From contig DLHF01000080.1 of the NCBI GenBank assembly GCA_002483085.1, positions 223 through 64,222 on the forward strand: a DNA stretch of 64,000 bases, written 5' to 3'. The position numbers and the translations under genes are program-made. Under the pieces are notes generated by a model that had not been told where the DNA came from, made no database searches, and saw only the letters and a list, made by a program, of their open reading frames with translations. Positions 1-8,777 of this stretch are shown in pieces (positions within the stretch are counted from its first letter, which is position 1; each line of letters begins with the position of its first letter). Source of the stretch: Ignavibacteria bacterium UBA7675 (GTDB lineage: Bacteria; Bacteroidota; Ignavibacteria; Kapaibacteriales; UB7675).

Positions 1-2829
1 GGTCGACTCTGTACGCACGCCAAACCGTATGGTTGTGCCGATGTCGGCGGGGTTGGGGTACAGCACCGGGGCAATATCTTCGGGCGGGCTGCTGCTAACC
101 ACCACCGAAACACCACAGTGCGGATCGCCAATGGTCAGGATTGTTCTCGGCACGCCAAGGCCCTGTAGCGGCAGAGCGATGGAGCGACAGTATTTGGGAA
201 GAATCAGCGTATCGCGGTAGAGCTCTTGCTCGCGCGGATTGAAGCATACGAGCACACCAGCGGAGTCGCCCGGCGGAATGACGAGGGGAAACTGTGAGAG
301 CGGAGCGGAGAAGCGCGTGTTTTGCGATAGATACACTTCGGTGACAGCAAAGGGCAAGAGGCCGTAGTTGTACAGCATCACGGAATCGCAGTGCACCAGC
401 CTGCGCGATTCATCGCCGTAGATCATCATACCGCGGTTTGCCGGGACAAACTGTAGTGTATAGCCCTGAATTGTATCGCGGAAGTAGCGGGTATTGCCTC
501 GATAGTCTGTTGCTTCCACCGTGAAAATTGCGTCGAAATCCGGGTCGGTAATGCTTACCCGCAGGGTCATCATGCGCGGCAGATCTGCTGTATCGGGAGT
601 GACTGTGCAATTGACTATTTCCAATACTTGGACGCTTTCTATACCGAGATCAGTGAGAAGCGAATCGGTAAACGACACGAGCGCAGTTGTCTGGCAGGGG
701 TCGATGTTCAGCGTCATGTCCGGCGCGTTGTGGTCGTCCTTTGCTTCGTACTGGAACGCTGCGATGCGGCGCGGCGCGCAGTTGTCCACAATGATGAGTG
801 TATCGCCGAAGTCGCCTTCTTCCTTGGAGGTAAAGCACACAGTAATCTCGCGCGAGGCGCCCGGAGCCAGAACAAGCGGGAATGGCACCGGCGGCTGGAC
901 AGAGAATTTGGGGCTGCCGTTGCGGAAAAGCATCGTGTCGATGGTTTGCACGCTGCGCCCGTAGTTGACAAGGGTAAAAGATTCGCACAGTGTTTTCTCT
1001 GTGGAAAGAGTTCTCTGCCTGTGCACCACCATATCGGTGTGAATGGAGGAATCGACATGGACGGTAAAGCCGGGAATAAGAAATTCTTTTTCGGATCGCT
1101 GCCCTGCTGAGTCGGCGGCTACCATTGTAAACTGCCCATCTTCATACATATTCAGGAGCCGGGCGCGAAAGCCCACCGAATCGGCATAAGGTGTAAACGG
1201 AGCAATAGACACTGCCGAATTGATCTGCATACTTGCAGGAGCTTCTACGGAGCTAATGCGCGAATCGGTAGATAGAGTATCGTAGACCATGCCAAAGAGG
1301 CTGTAGCAACTATCGGTACTAAGTATACTGGGAGGAACACCGTCCTTTGCCAGAATCTGCAACTGGAGGCCGCCGATATAGCCATAGGAGTTAGCTGGGC
1401 CATAGCCATACACATACAAGCCAAAGGTGGAATCGGCAGTAATCGTATGCGAGCCATCGCTCATGCGCACGTGGGCGTAGGAATACCCGGTGGTGCTAAT
1501 AGGCGAAAACGCCAAGTCGGTGCGCAATGTACCGTCGATTTTCACTGTAGATCGGTAGTTGTCAGCAATCACAATGGTGATATACTGTAGGGTGTAGGAA
1601 GTAATCTGATTACCATCAAAGTCTTTTTGTATTCCCTGAGCATTTACAAATGTGTAGGATGGCATGAACTGTTCGCTGGGCGGGATAAGCATCATAAAGG
1701 GATCGGAGACTTGGTCTAAGTTCACACCACCGCTTTGATTCCCGCTTGTTTTCCTGTATTGCGCTACTAATATTTGGCCTGTTGCTGTAATATGATGCGC
1801 GCCGGTCAGAGGGCGTTCGATAAATCCACCTCGGTTCAGCGTGGCTGTCAGTACGCCGTCGATAGATACTTGTGTGCCGTCGAAAGCGGCGAGTACGCGG
1901 TAGAGATCGGTGCCTTGCGGCGCTTCGTTGAGGCTTGGAATATAGGGAACAACGAAAGCGCTTCGGCCCCATGTGGCTACTGGCAGGAGCTGTTCCACAA
2001 GGTGGTCGCGCGAGGAGAGAATATCAACATCTACAGGGATAGTAGCTCTTTGATGACCAGCGAAGACGGCAATTGGCTTATCAGACTGAACAATCGAACC
2101 TGTAAGATCGGCGGTTAGATTAATATTTATACTAGCTTGCACCAGATAGGAAACACCTTTGTCGAGCCGGATGGTTTGCGTCGCCGTGCCCTTATCCCTG
2201 GTAGCTACGCTGGGGATAATCGTCACTGTTGTGTTGTCTTCGGTAGCCACTACTGCAAATTCTGATGGCGTTTGCTGGCCGACTCCTACCAAACCATCGC
2301 TGTTATAGGCGATAATGATATACTCAGTGCCGAGCACATCTTGCGGCAGAGCCAGAAAAGCATCACTTGAGAACATTGCCTGGCTCAGGCCATAGACAGT
2401 AATCTCGTCGTCGGCAGTGATGTGGAATACTTGGGGGGCTTCCTGTTCATTTTGCGAACTCGGTAGAGAGACCCCAGTGGTATTAAAGCCCACGAGCTCG
2501 TGTAGCGCAGCTTCTATTTTGAAGTGAAAGATTTCATTGGCCTTTGCAATCTGGAACACCTGCGACGACGAAATGCCATTGATATCTGTCCAGCGGATAA
2601 CGCCCTGCGTAGGCTTTTCTGATGTTAGGAAAATATGCAGGGAATCATCGTGGTCATCGGTGTGGAAATTTGGCAAAAAAGTAAGCCAAAATTCGCGGCC
2701 TTTGCTGTCGAGAATTTCCTGCGCTGTACCTGTTTCTGCAAATCCACAAAGGAGGATGAACAACAAACAAGTGTAGGCCATGCGACGTATTGTTGTGCCG
2801 GTGCTGGCGTAGTGTATCAAAAGAGTCAT
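1..2829 (-). CDS. IgGFc-binding N-terminal domain protein with Ig-like repeats and T9SS type A sorting domain (3' end runs off the window); tandem paralogue of 2896..5898
   Basis: Missing from the ORF track because no stop lies in the window. Manual translation of several segments in one frame: (MTLLIHYASTGTTIRR)MAYTCLLFILLCGFAETGTAQEILDSKGREFWLTFLPNFH..., DGQFTMVAADSAG..., RFSAPLSQFPLVIPPG..., VLYPNPADIG at the left edge. Collinear with the neighbouring paralogue. Start is ATG at 2829 or 2781. Confidence 0.85.
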   Translation of the reverse strand, partial: MTLLIHYASTGTTIRRMAYTCLLFILLCGFAETGTAQEILDSKGREFWLTFLPNFHTDDHDDSLHIFLTSEKPTQGVIRWTDINGISSSQVFQIAKANEIFHFKIEAALHELVGFNTTGVSLPSSQNEQEAPQVFHITADDEITVYGLSQAMFSSDAFLALPQDVLGTEYIIIAYNSDGLVGVGQQTPSEFAVVATEDNTTVTIIPSVATRDKGTATQTIRLDKGVSYLVQASININLTADLTGSIVQSDKPIAVFAGHQRATIPVDVDILSSRDHLVEQLLPVATWGRSAFVVPYIPSLNEAPQGTDLYRVLAAFDGTQVSIDGVLTATLNRGGFIERPLTGAHHITATGQILVAQYRKTSGNQSGGVNLDQVSDPFMMLIPPSEQFMPSYTFVNAQGIQKDFDGNQITSYTLQYITIVIADNYRSTVKIDGTLRTDLAFSPISTTGYSYAHVRMSDGSHTITADSTFGLYVYGYGPANSYGYIGGLQLQILAKDGVPPSILSTDSCYSLFGMVYDTLSTDSRISSVEAPASMQINSAVSIAPFTPYADSVGFRARLLNMYEDGQFTMVAADSAGQRSEKEFLIPGFTVHVDSSIHTDMVVHRQRTLSTEKTLCESFTLVNYGRSVQTIDTMLFRNGSPKFSVQPPVPFPLVLAPGASREITVCFTSKEEGDFGDTLIIVDNCAPRRIAAFQYEAKDDHNAPDMTLNIDPCQTTALVSFTDSLLTDLGIESVQVLEIVNCTVTPDTADLPRMMTLRVSITDPDFDAIFTVEATDYRGNTRYFRDTIQGYTLQFVPANRGMMIYGDESRRLVHCDSVMLYNYGLLPFAVTEVYLSQNTRFSAPLSQFPLVIPPGDSAGVLVCFNPREQELYRDTLILPKYCRSIALPLQGLGVPRTILTIGDPHCGVSVVVSSSPPEDIAPVLYPNPADIGTTIRFGVRTEST

Positions 2830-2895
2830 ATAATGTCTCCGAACGGGTCTTACAAATACAGAAAATGAATCAGGTATCTCATGTGCTCTTGGCTT

Positions 2896-5800
2896 CTAAT
2901 GTTTTATTATCAATCTGCGAGATAGCAGAGCTCCGGCTGTCTGTACTACAGCTATGTATGCACCGCTCTGCAATGCCGACGTGTCTATTGCGATATCGTA
3001 CACGCCGGTTGTATCGGCGGTAAACTCTGCTTCTTTTGCGGCTACTCCATGCGCGGTGTACAGTCGCAGTGCTATCGGCTCTCTGGCTCGGGCTATCATG
3101 CGCAGAATAACTTCTTCATCAGCGGGATTGGGGTAGCCTGCAAGGAGCAAGAGTGCGTCTGCACTGGGGCTGGCCGATAGTGCAATACGCACATCACATC
3201 CCGTGGACACAATACGCGGGGGCGAGCTTCCCGCTGCCGACAATGCGATTGGAATGGCTGTACAGAGATGTGCAATATCTATTGTGTCGGTGTACAGCCG
3301 GTTGGCATCGGGTGCAAAGATAATCTGAATTACACGCGATTCCTGCGGGGGAACTACGACCGGAAATTGCGACAGAGGAGCGGAGAACGATACATTGCTA
3401 TGGAAATATGCGCCAGTAATTTCCATTGGCAGCAGACCCGCATTGTACACTTCTACACCGCTGTATTGTCCAGCGGGCGGCGGCGTGGGTGGCAGGACAT
3501 AGGCCATCTGTACTGCGCGTAGCGTCCTGCCTTGGATTGTGTCGGCAAGGTGCAGTTCATTTCCCGCTTCATCAATGGCGAGAATCTCTACAATGCCGTC
3601 GTTGTCGGGGTCCACGAGCGAAGCCGTATAGCGTATCATCAGCGGGAAGCCGCCAGAATCTATCGAAATAACGGCATTGTGTGTACGTTCTACGCGCACG
3701 CTTTGCAGCCCCCAATCCGTGGGGAGCTGTTCGGCAATGGTTCCTTTGTGCTGTAGGCTACAAGTGTCTACAATAGCGGTAAACTGCGGTTGTGCTGTGT
3801 CGTGTACTGCTTCGACGGCGAATGTAACGGTTGTGCGCGCAGTGCAGACATTGCTTATAACAAGCGTATCGCGGAACATGCCCGCCTCGCTGCTTTGGAA
3901 GCACACCCGTACAAATTTTCTTTCGCCGGGATTCACTCGCAGCGGCATCGATGTCGCGAGGGAATAGCGTGTGCCGGGCAGAGCTGCCGATACCGTGTGC
4001 GTGGTTGTACCGTAGTTCCGCAATTCGATATCGAAGCACAACTCGCGGTTGATGCGAGTGGTTGCTTCTATGGACGTACCGCCGGTTGCCACAACAGCCG
4101 CATCCACGGTAAAGCCATACAGGACGATGTCCTTTTCCGTGCGCAGGCGTGCTGAGTCCTGCACAATAATCCGCAGAGAGCCATCGCGATACACATCGGC
4201 GAGGTGGGCGCCGAAAGCTGCAACGGGTGGGAATGTATCGGAGATGGAAGGCAATTCTACTTCTACATTAACACGGAGCGATTCCGGTGCTTCTACCGAG
4301 CGAATGCCTGAGTCGGCAGTAGCTGAGTCGTGCACAATCCCCGCAACAACACATTCTGCTGTTGCTGCCAGTTCCGGCGGGGTCAAGTCTTTGGGAATGA
4401 GGGCGGCGCGCATACCACCTGTGTAGCCATAGGAATCCGCTTCGCCATAGCCGTACACATACAGGCCAAACCCTGTGCCAGCTTCGGCGCTGTGCACGCC
4501 ATCAGACAAGGGGAGTTGCGCGTACATCCACTGTGTGCCGGGGACGGGCTGGAACATATCGGTAGCAACCGAAGAGCCGTCGAGCCGGAACGAGGAGATG
4601 TGCGATTGCGGTATCACAATGGTTGCGTATTGCTCTTGGAACACAATCGGCTTGAAAAAAGGCGGTTCGGGTATGCTCAGCTCTACCTGTGGATTGATAA
4701 AGCGATACGACGCCAAAAATTGCTCTTCGGGCGGGATGAGCATCATAAACGGGTCGCCCGATTTGCCGGCGGCTTCCATATCGGCACGCGATGTCTTTTT
4801 GTACTGAGCCACGAGCACCGGCGATGTCGCCTCGATGCGAAGCGGCTGTAAAAGTGCCTGCTCGTAGTAGTTTCCCGCTGCGAGTACGGCTGTAGCAGCG
4901 CCATTGATCACCACATGAGTGCTGTCGTAAAAAGCTAGAATACGGACAAGATCGTTACCGGAAGATGTCTGATTGTGTGCAGCAGGGTAGGGAATGGCTA
5001 AGGCGCGATAGCCCCACGCTTCTACTGGCGGCAGTTGCTCGATGAGGTAATCGCGAGTGCGGAGTTCGCTGCTTTGCTCTATTGGAATGGTAGCGCGCTG
5101 GTGGCCGGAAAATACCGCCACAGGGCTACTGGTTGTAATTTTTGTACCTGTCAGGTCGGTCAGGAGCTGGCCACGAGAAATTTCTGCTTGTACGAGATAG
5201 CACTCACCTGCTTGGAGCACGAAGCGTTGCTCGGCCATACCGTTTTCCCATGTGGGTTGTGCAGGGGCAATCTCCACTTCGGTGTTGTCTTCGGTTGCTA
5301 CAATTGCAAACTGCGAGGGGGTGCTGAATCCATCGAGCACAGGGCCGTTGGCTCGCCCATTGCTGTTGTAGGAAAGCACAGCGTAGTGCCTGCCGAGAGC
5401 GTCGACGGGCAGTACAAGAAAGGCATCGCTCGATTTGTAACTGCGGCTCATCGCATACACCGTTACATCGGCATCAGTGGTAACGCGGAACGACTGTAGC
5501 GCTACCTGCTCGTTTTGTTCGTTGAACGAGGGTATGACACCACTGTTGTTAAATCCTTCGAGCTCGAATTGCATGGCCGGTACGGCAAATGTGTACATGG
5601 CAGCGGGGTCGGCAACGGAAAAGGTATGTATCCAAGACTGGCCATACCTGTTGCGGTAGCTGATCTCTCCGGTTGTTGGTTTGCTGGCAGCAACAAAAAT
5701 ATACAGAGAATCTCGATTGTCAAAGAGGGCATCGTGATAATTCGGCGGAAAAGTAAACCGAAAGTCGCGACCCTGGCTGTCGGGCTGTGCTGCCACAGGC

Positions 5801-5898
5801 TGGCAGAAGGCGAACCACAAGAGCACAACGAGCACCGTATATCCTCCGGCTGCATTGCGCAGGCTGCTCGGAAGGGGATATGATTGTCTCGGCTTCAT
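2896..5898 (-). CDS. IgGFc-binding N-terminal domain protein with T9SS type A sorting domain
   Basis: 1000 aa. Signal peptide, DSQGRDFRFTF, SSDAFLVLPVDALG, GDPFMMLIPP, YGYGEADSYGY (IgGFc-binding-type motifs). C-terminal YPNPA...LQSGAYIA...LIIKH. Confidence 0.85.
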   Translation of the reverse strand: MKPRQSYPLPSSLRNAAGGYTVLVVLLWFAFCQPVAAQPDSQGRDFRFTFPPNYHDALFDNRDSLYIFVAASKPTTGEISYRNRYGQSWIHTFSVADPAAMYTFAVPAMQFELEGFNNSGVIPSFNEQNEQVALQSFRVTTDADVTVYAMSRSYKSSDAFLVLPVDALGRHYAVLSYNSNGRANGPVLDGFSTPSQFAIVATEDNTEVEIAPAQPTWENGMAEQRFVLQAGECYLVQAEISRGQLLTDLTGTKITTSSPVAVFSGHQRATIPIEQSSELRTRDYLIEQLPPVEAWGYRALAIPYPAAHNQTSSGNDLVRILAFYDSTHVVINGAATAVLAAGNYYEQALLQPLRIEATSPVLVAQYKKTSRADMEAAGKSGDPFMMLIPPEEQFLASYRFINPQVELSIPEPPFFKPIVFQEQYATIVIPQSHISSFRLDGSSVATDMFQPVPGTQWMYAQLPLSDGVHSAEAGTGFGLYVYGYGEADSYGYTGGMRAALIPKDLTPPELAATAECVVAGIVHDSATADSGIRSVEAPESLRVNVEVELPSISDTFPPVAAFGAHLADVYRDGSLRIIVQDSARLRTEKDIVLYGFTVDAAVVATGGTSIEATTRINRELCFDIELRNYGTTTHTVSAALPGTRYSLATSMPLRVNPGERKFVRVCFQSSEAGMFRDTLVISNVCTARTTVTFAVEAVHDTAQPQFTAIVDTCSLQHKGTIAEQLPTDWGLQSVRVERTHNAVISIDSGGFPLMIRYTASLVDPDNDGIVEILAIDEAGNELHLADTIQGRTLRAVQMAYVLPPTPPPAGQYSGVEVYNAGLLPMEITGAYFHSNVSFSAPLSQFPVVVPPQESRVIQIIFAPDANRLYTDTIDIAHLCTAIPIALSAAGSSPPRIVSTGCDVRIALSASPSADALLLLAGYPNPADEEVILRMIARAREPIALRLYTAHGVAAKEAEFTADTTGVYDIAIDTSALQSGAYIAVVQTAGALLSRRLIIKH

Positions 5899-5928
5899 GA
5901 TCCGGAAACCTCTCTATAGTAGCATTGG

Positions 5929-6906
5929 TTACGAATCCTTTGTAAGGGTGTGTGCAAATAGCACCTGCCCCTCGCGGTTGATAAACTGCACGTGGAAGCG
6001 TGTACGCGATATTGCTGCATAGGCAAAACCGCCGTTGGTGGCGGCAAATATTGTGTTGTCGCCATAGGCTGTGTCGCGAGCACCACCGCCTGCCCCGGAA
6101 ATCAAGCAGTAAAAGTAGTCGCCGGGAGCTTTGAGGTACTGTAAGTCGTGGTCGTGTCCGCACAAATACATGTCTACGTGGTACCTGTCGAACAGCGGTT
6201 TGATATGCCGGAGCATTACGTCTTGGTCGCCATACGCTCCGTGAGAGCGCACCATGTGATGCCCTACTGCTACTTTCCATTGCGCCTTCGACGCCGCAAG
6301 TGCTTTCTCTAACCATTCTTTCTGCTCGTCGCGTGCTTTGCCATTCATAATGCGCTGGGTGTCCAATGCAAAAAAATCAACGTGCACGCCGGGCTCGATT
6401 TCTTTGCTGAAAGTATAGTAGCGCGAGGGCATATTCCAGCGCGGGTTGGCTGCGCTGTATTCTACCTGCGCCTCTGCTTTGCCACGGTAATCGTGGTTGC
6501 CCAGCACGGCATACCAGGGTATTTCTAATGCCCGACCTGTGTACACCTGTTCGAATTTTGCACGCCATTGTGCGTCATCCGCCGATTCTACGCCGCCCGG
6601 GTAGATGTTATCTCCGGTGCTGACGACAAACGCACATGCCTCTTGTTCGGCCTTGATGAGCATCTGCGAGGCTACCTGCCGCTGAAATTTTCCGCCCGCT
6701 CCCCAGTCGCCTATGATGAGAAATCGCACCGACTGTGTATTTTTGAACTTCTCGACGGTAAATGGCGGTACGGGCCGAGCGTTGTCGACGCGCTTGCCCA
6801 AAAGCAGAGCGGGCGCTCCGGCGAGCAATGAAGTAATTGAAGTGATCTTTGCCCGACCTATAGCCGCTATGCCGGGAAGAGATTGGAGAAAGGAGCGTCT
6901 TTGCAT
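5929..6906 (-). CDS. Tat-exported metallophosphoesterase (purple/tartrate-resistant acid phosphatase type)
   Basis: Motifs GDWG, GDNIY, GNHDY, GHH, GHDH. Probable start MQRRSFLQ (twin-arginine motif) at 6906. Confidence 0.9.
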   Translation of the reverse strand: MQRRSFLQSLPGIAAIGRAKITSITSLLAGAPALLLGKRVDNARPVPPFTVEKFKNTQSVRFLIIGDWGAGGKFQRQVASQMLIKAEQEACAFVVSTGDNIYPGGVESADDAQWRAKFEQVYTGRALEIPWYAVLGNHDYRGKAEAQVEYSAANPRWNMPSRYYTFSKEIEPGVHVDFFALDTQRIMNGKARDEQKEWLEKALAASKAQWKVAVGHHMVRSHGAYGDQDVMLRHIKPLFDRYHVDMYLCGHDHDLQYLKAPGDYFYCLISGAGGGARDTAYGDNTIFAATNGGFAYAAISRTRFHVQFINREGQVLFAHTLTKDS

Positions 6907-6976
6907 ATCGTTGCGTTTGGCTATTCTTTGTAATAAAGTTATCTGTTGTTCGCAGGCAATGCCTGTAAAGATTGCT

Positions 6977-7086
6977 GCGCTTCGGTCTCTGTGCGTGCCT
7001 TCGGTCTGTGCGCCGCGCTGCACGTCCGCCGCGTGGCTGGAAATTATCGTAAGCTCGTCCTCGCACCGTTACGGTAACAAATGCAA
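6977..7086 (+). repeat. Dispersed intergenic repeat, modules A+B
   Basis: gcgcttcggtctctg...gcgccgcgctgcacgtccgccgcgtgg then ttatcgtaagctcgtcctcgcaccgttacggtaacaaatgc; matches the copies at 46821, 50124 and 57057. Confidence 0.8.
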
Positions 7087-7301
7087 AGACGTTGGCCTTC
7101 GTCGCGTTGGGGAAGAGTAGCGCATATATTGCAACGTTCTGCTCATAGCGGTTGGCCAACGCGGTATTGCTGCCGCCTGTGGAAACCCACAGGGAAGAGC
7201 CAAAAGCCAATGTAGGAGTTGCTGCAATGATGTCAAATGAAAATATTCCTGCCTTACAAATACGTCTATAGGGCTTTCCTGTTGTGACAGTAACAAAGAA
7301 T

Positions 7302-7856
7302 ATGAGAAAACTGCTTCACGCCGAACTTGTAGCGCAGCGGCTCAGCGAAAAAGAGGCCGAATGTGCCGAACGACATCCCGTTGCACTACTTCTACACAAT
7401 ATTCGTAGTCTGTACAATGTTGGCTCGATGTTCCGCACTGCCGATGCTGCCCTTGCAAGCGAGCTTATTCTTTGCGGCTATACCCCCAGCCCTCCGCGAA
7501 AAGAAATTGAAAAAACAGCTCTTGGCGCTGTGGATACAGTGCCGTGGAGCTATGAGCAAAGTACGGTGCAGGCTATTGCTATGCTGAAAAAACGCGGCTA
7601 TACGGTGCTGGCGCTGGAGCTTACGGACAAAGGCCGTTCCTACGACGAGCTCTCCGCCGCCGATTTTCCGCTGTGCCTTGTTGCTGGCAATGAAATCACA
7701 GGCGTGGACGACGATGTGCTGGCGCTGTGCGACGGCGCACTACAGATACCGATGTTTGGGGTAAAGCACTCGCTGAATGTTGGTGTTGCCACAGGCATTG
7801 CGCTCTTTGAGGCCGTGCGGTGCTGGCGCTCTGTGGAGAGCTCCGTATCCAACTGA
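7302..7856 (+). CDS. TrmH/SpoU family RNA methyltransferase
   Basis: HNIRSLYNVGSMFRTADA, GNEITGV, IPMFGVKHSLNV motifs; ATG at 7302. Confidence 0.92.
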   Translation: MRKLLHAELVAQRLSEKEAECAERHPVALLLHNIRSLYNVGSMFRTADAALASELILCGYTPSPPRKEIEKTALGAVDTVPWSYEQSTVQAIAMLKKRGYTVLALELTDKGRSYDELSAADFPLCLVAGNEITGVDDDVLALCDGALQIPMFGVKHSLNVGVATGIALFEAVRCWRSVESSVSN

Positions 7857-7966
7857 AACAATTAAAATAATTTACATAATGGTAACTGAAACCGCGCCAT
7901 CTGTTTCTTCTGATGGGTGGAAATAGTAAGTTGTACAATCTGTTCCCGAAGGTAAGGTAGCGACTG

Positions 7967-8749
7967 ATGAATCAGATTATAGCTGTTCCCGATAATCCCG
8001 CTTTTGCGCCGCTTCTTGCGAATATCGAATCAATAGCGGCGTCACGGGGTTTTGATGTAGTACGCCTGCCAGAGGCCGACTGCGCCGATGCACTGCTGCG
8101 CAATCGCGCCGAACTCGCATTGGTGTCGCCGCTTGGCTATGGGCAGGCAGTAGGCAGAGCCGACTACCGGATTGTTCCCGGCCCGGCTTGTATTTACCAA
8201 GGTCTCACCTATGAAGCCTCGATCTATATGCGCGAGAATGCCGCAGAGATTGAGAGTTGTGTTTCTCCCCACGCGCGCGACTTTATACCGCAGCTTGGTG
8301 CGATGATCCTCAACGATAAATTCGGCCTGCCGTTTACGGCGGTGGAATCTGTGAAGCCCGCACCAGTTGCCGATCTTCTCGAACAGTACGATGTGGTGAT
8401 CGACTGGGGATTTGATGCCCAACAAAAAGTGGTGCTGGATGTCAGCGACGAATGGTACGATCTGGCCTCGCTCTCTCTGCCCGTGATGATGTGGGTGTGC
8501 CGACCCGATGATATGCCGGAAGACCTTGCGGACATGGTGAGCAGTTTTGCTGCGCCAGACCTTCATACCCGGGAAATTGTAGAGCAGACCTACCACAACG
8601 CCAATGCCGAGCGGGAAGGTGCTGTGATCTGGCAATGGAACGACGACGTAGAACCCGCCTTGTACAAGCTCTTTGAAATGATGTTCTTCCTACAGCGCAT
8701 ACCGGAAATACCGGCGATCAAGCTCTGGGGGCGCGATCCTGTGGAGTGA
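7967..8749 (+). CDS. Divergent MqnA/MqnD (menaquinone futalosine pathway, substrate-binding-protein fold) family protein
   Basis: 260 aa. Segments CADALLRNRAELALVSP...YRIVPG and LDVSDEWYDLASLSLPVMMWV resemble MqnA; the N-terminal motif is degenerate. Confidence 0.55.
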   Translation: MNQIIAVPDNPAFAPLLANIESIAASRGFDVVRLPEADCADALLRNRAELALVSPLGYGQAVGRADYRIVPGPACIYQGLTYEASIYMRENAAEIESCVSPHARDFIPQLGAMILNDKFGLPFTAVESVKPAPVADLLEQYDVVIDWGFDAQQKVVLDVSDEWYDLASLSLPVMMWVCRPDDMPEDLADMVSSFAAPDLHTREIVEQTYHNANAEREGAVIWQWNDDVEPALYKLFEMMFFLQRIPEIPAIKLWGRDPVE

Positions 8750-8777
8750 TCCACTTCTACAACCTGACTACACAACA

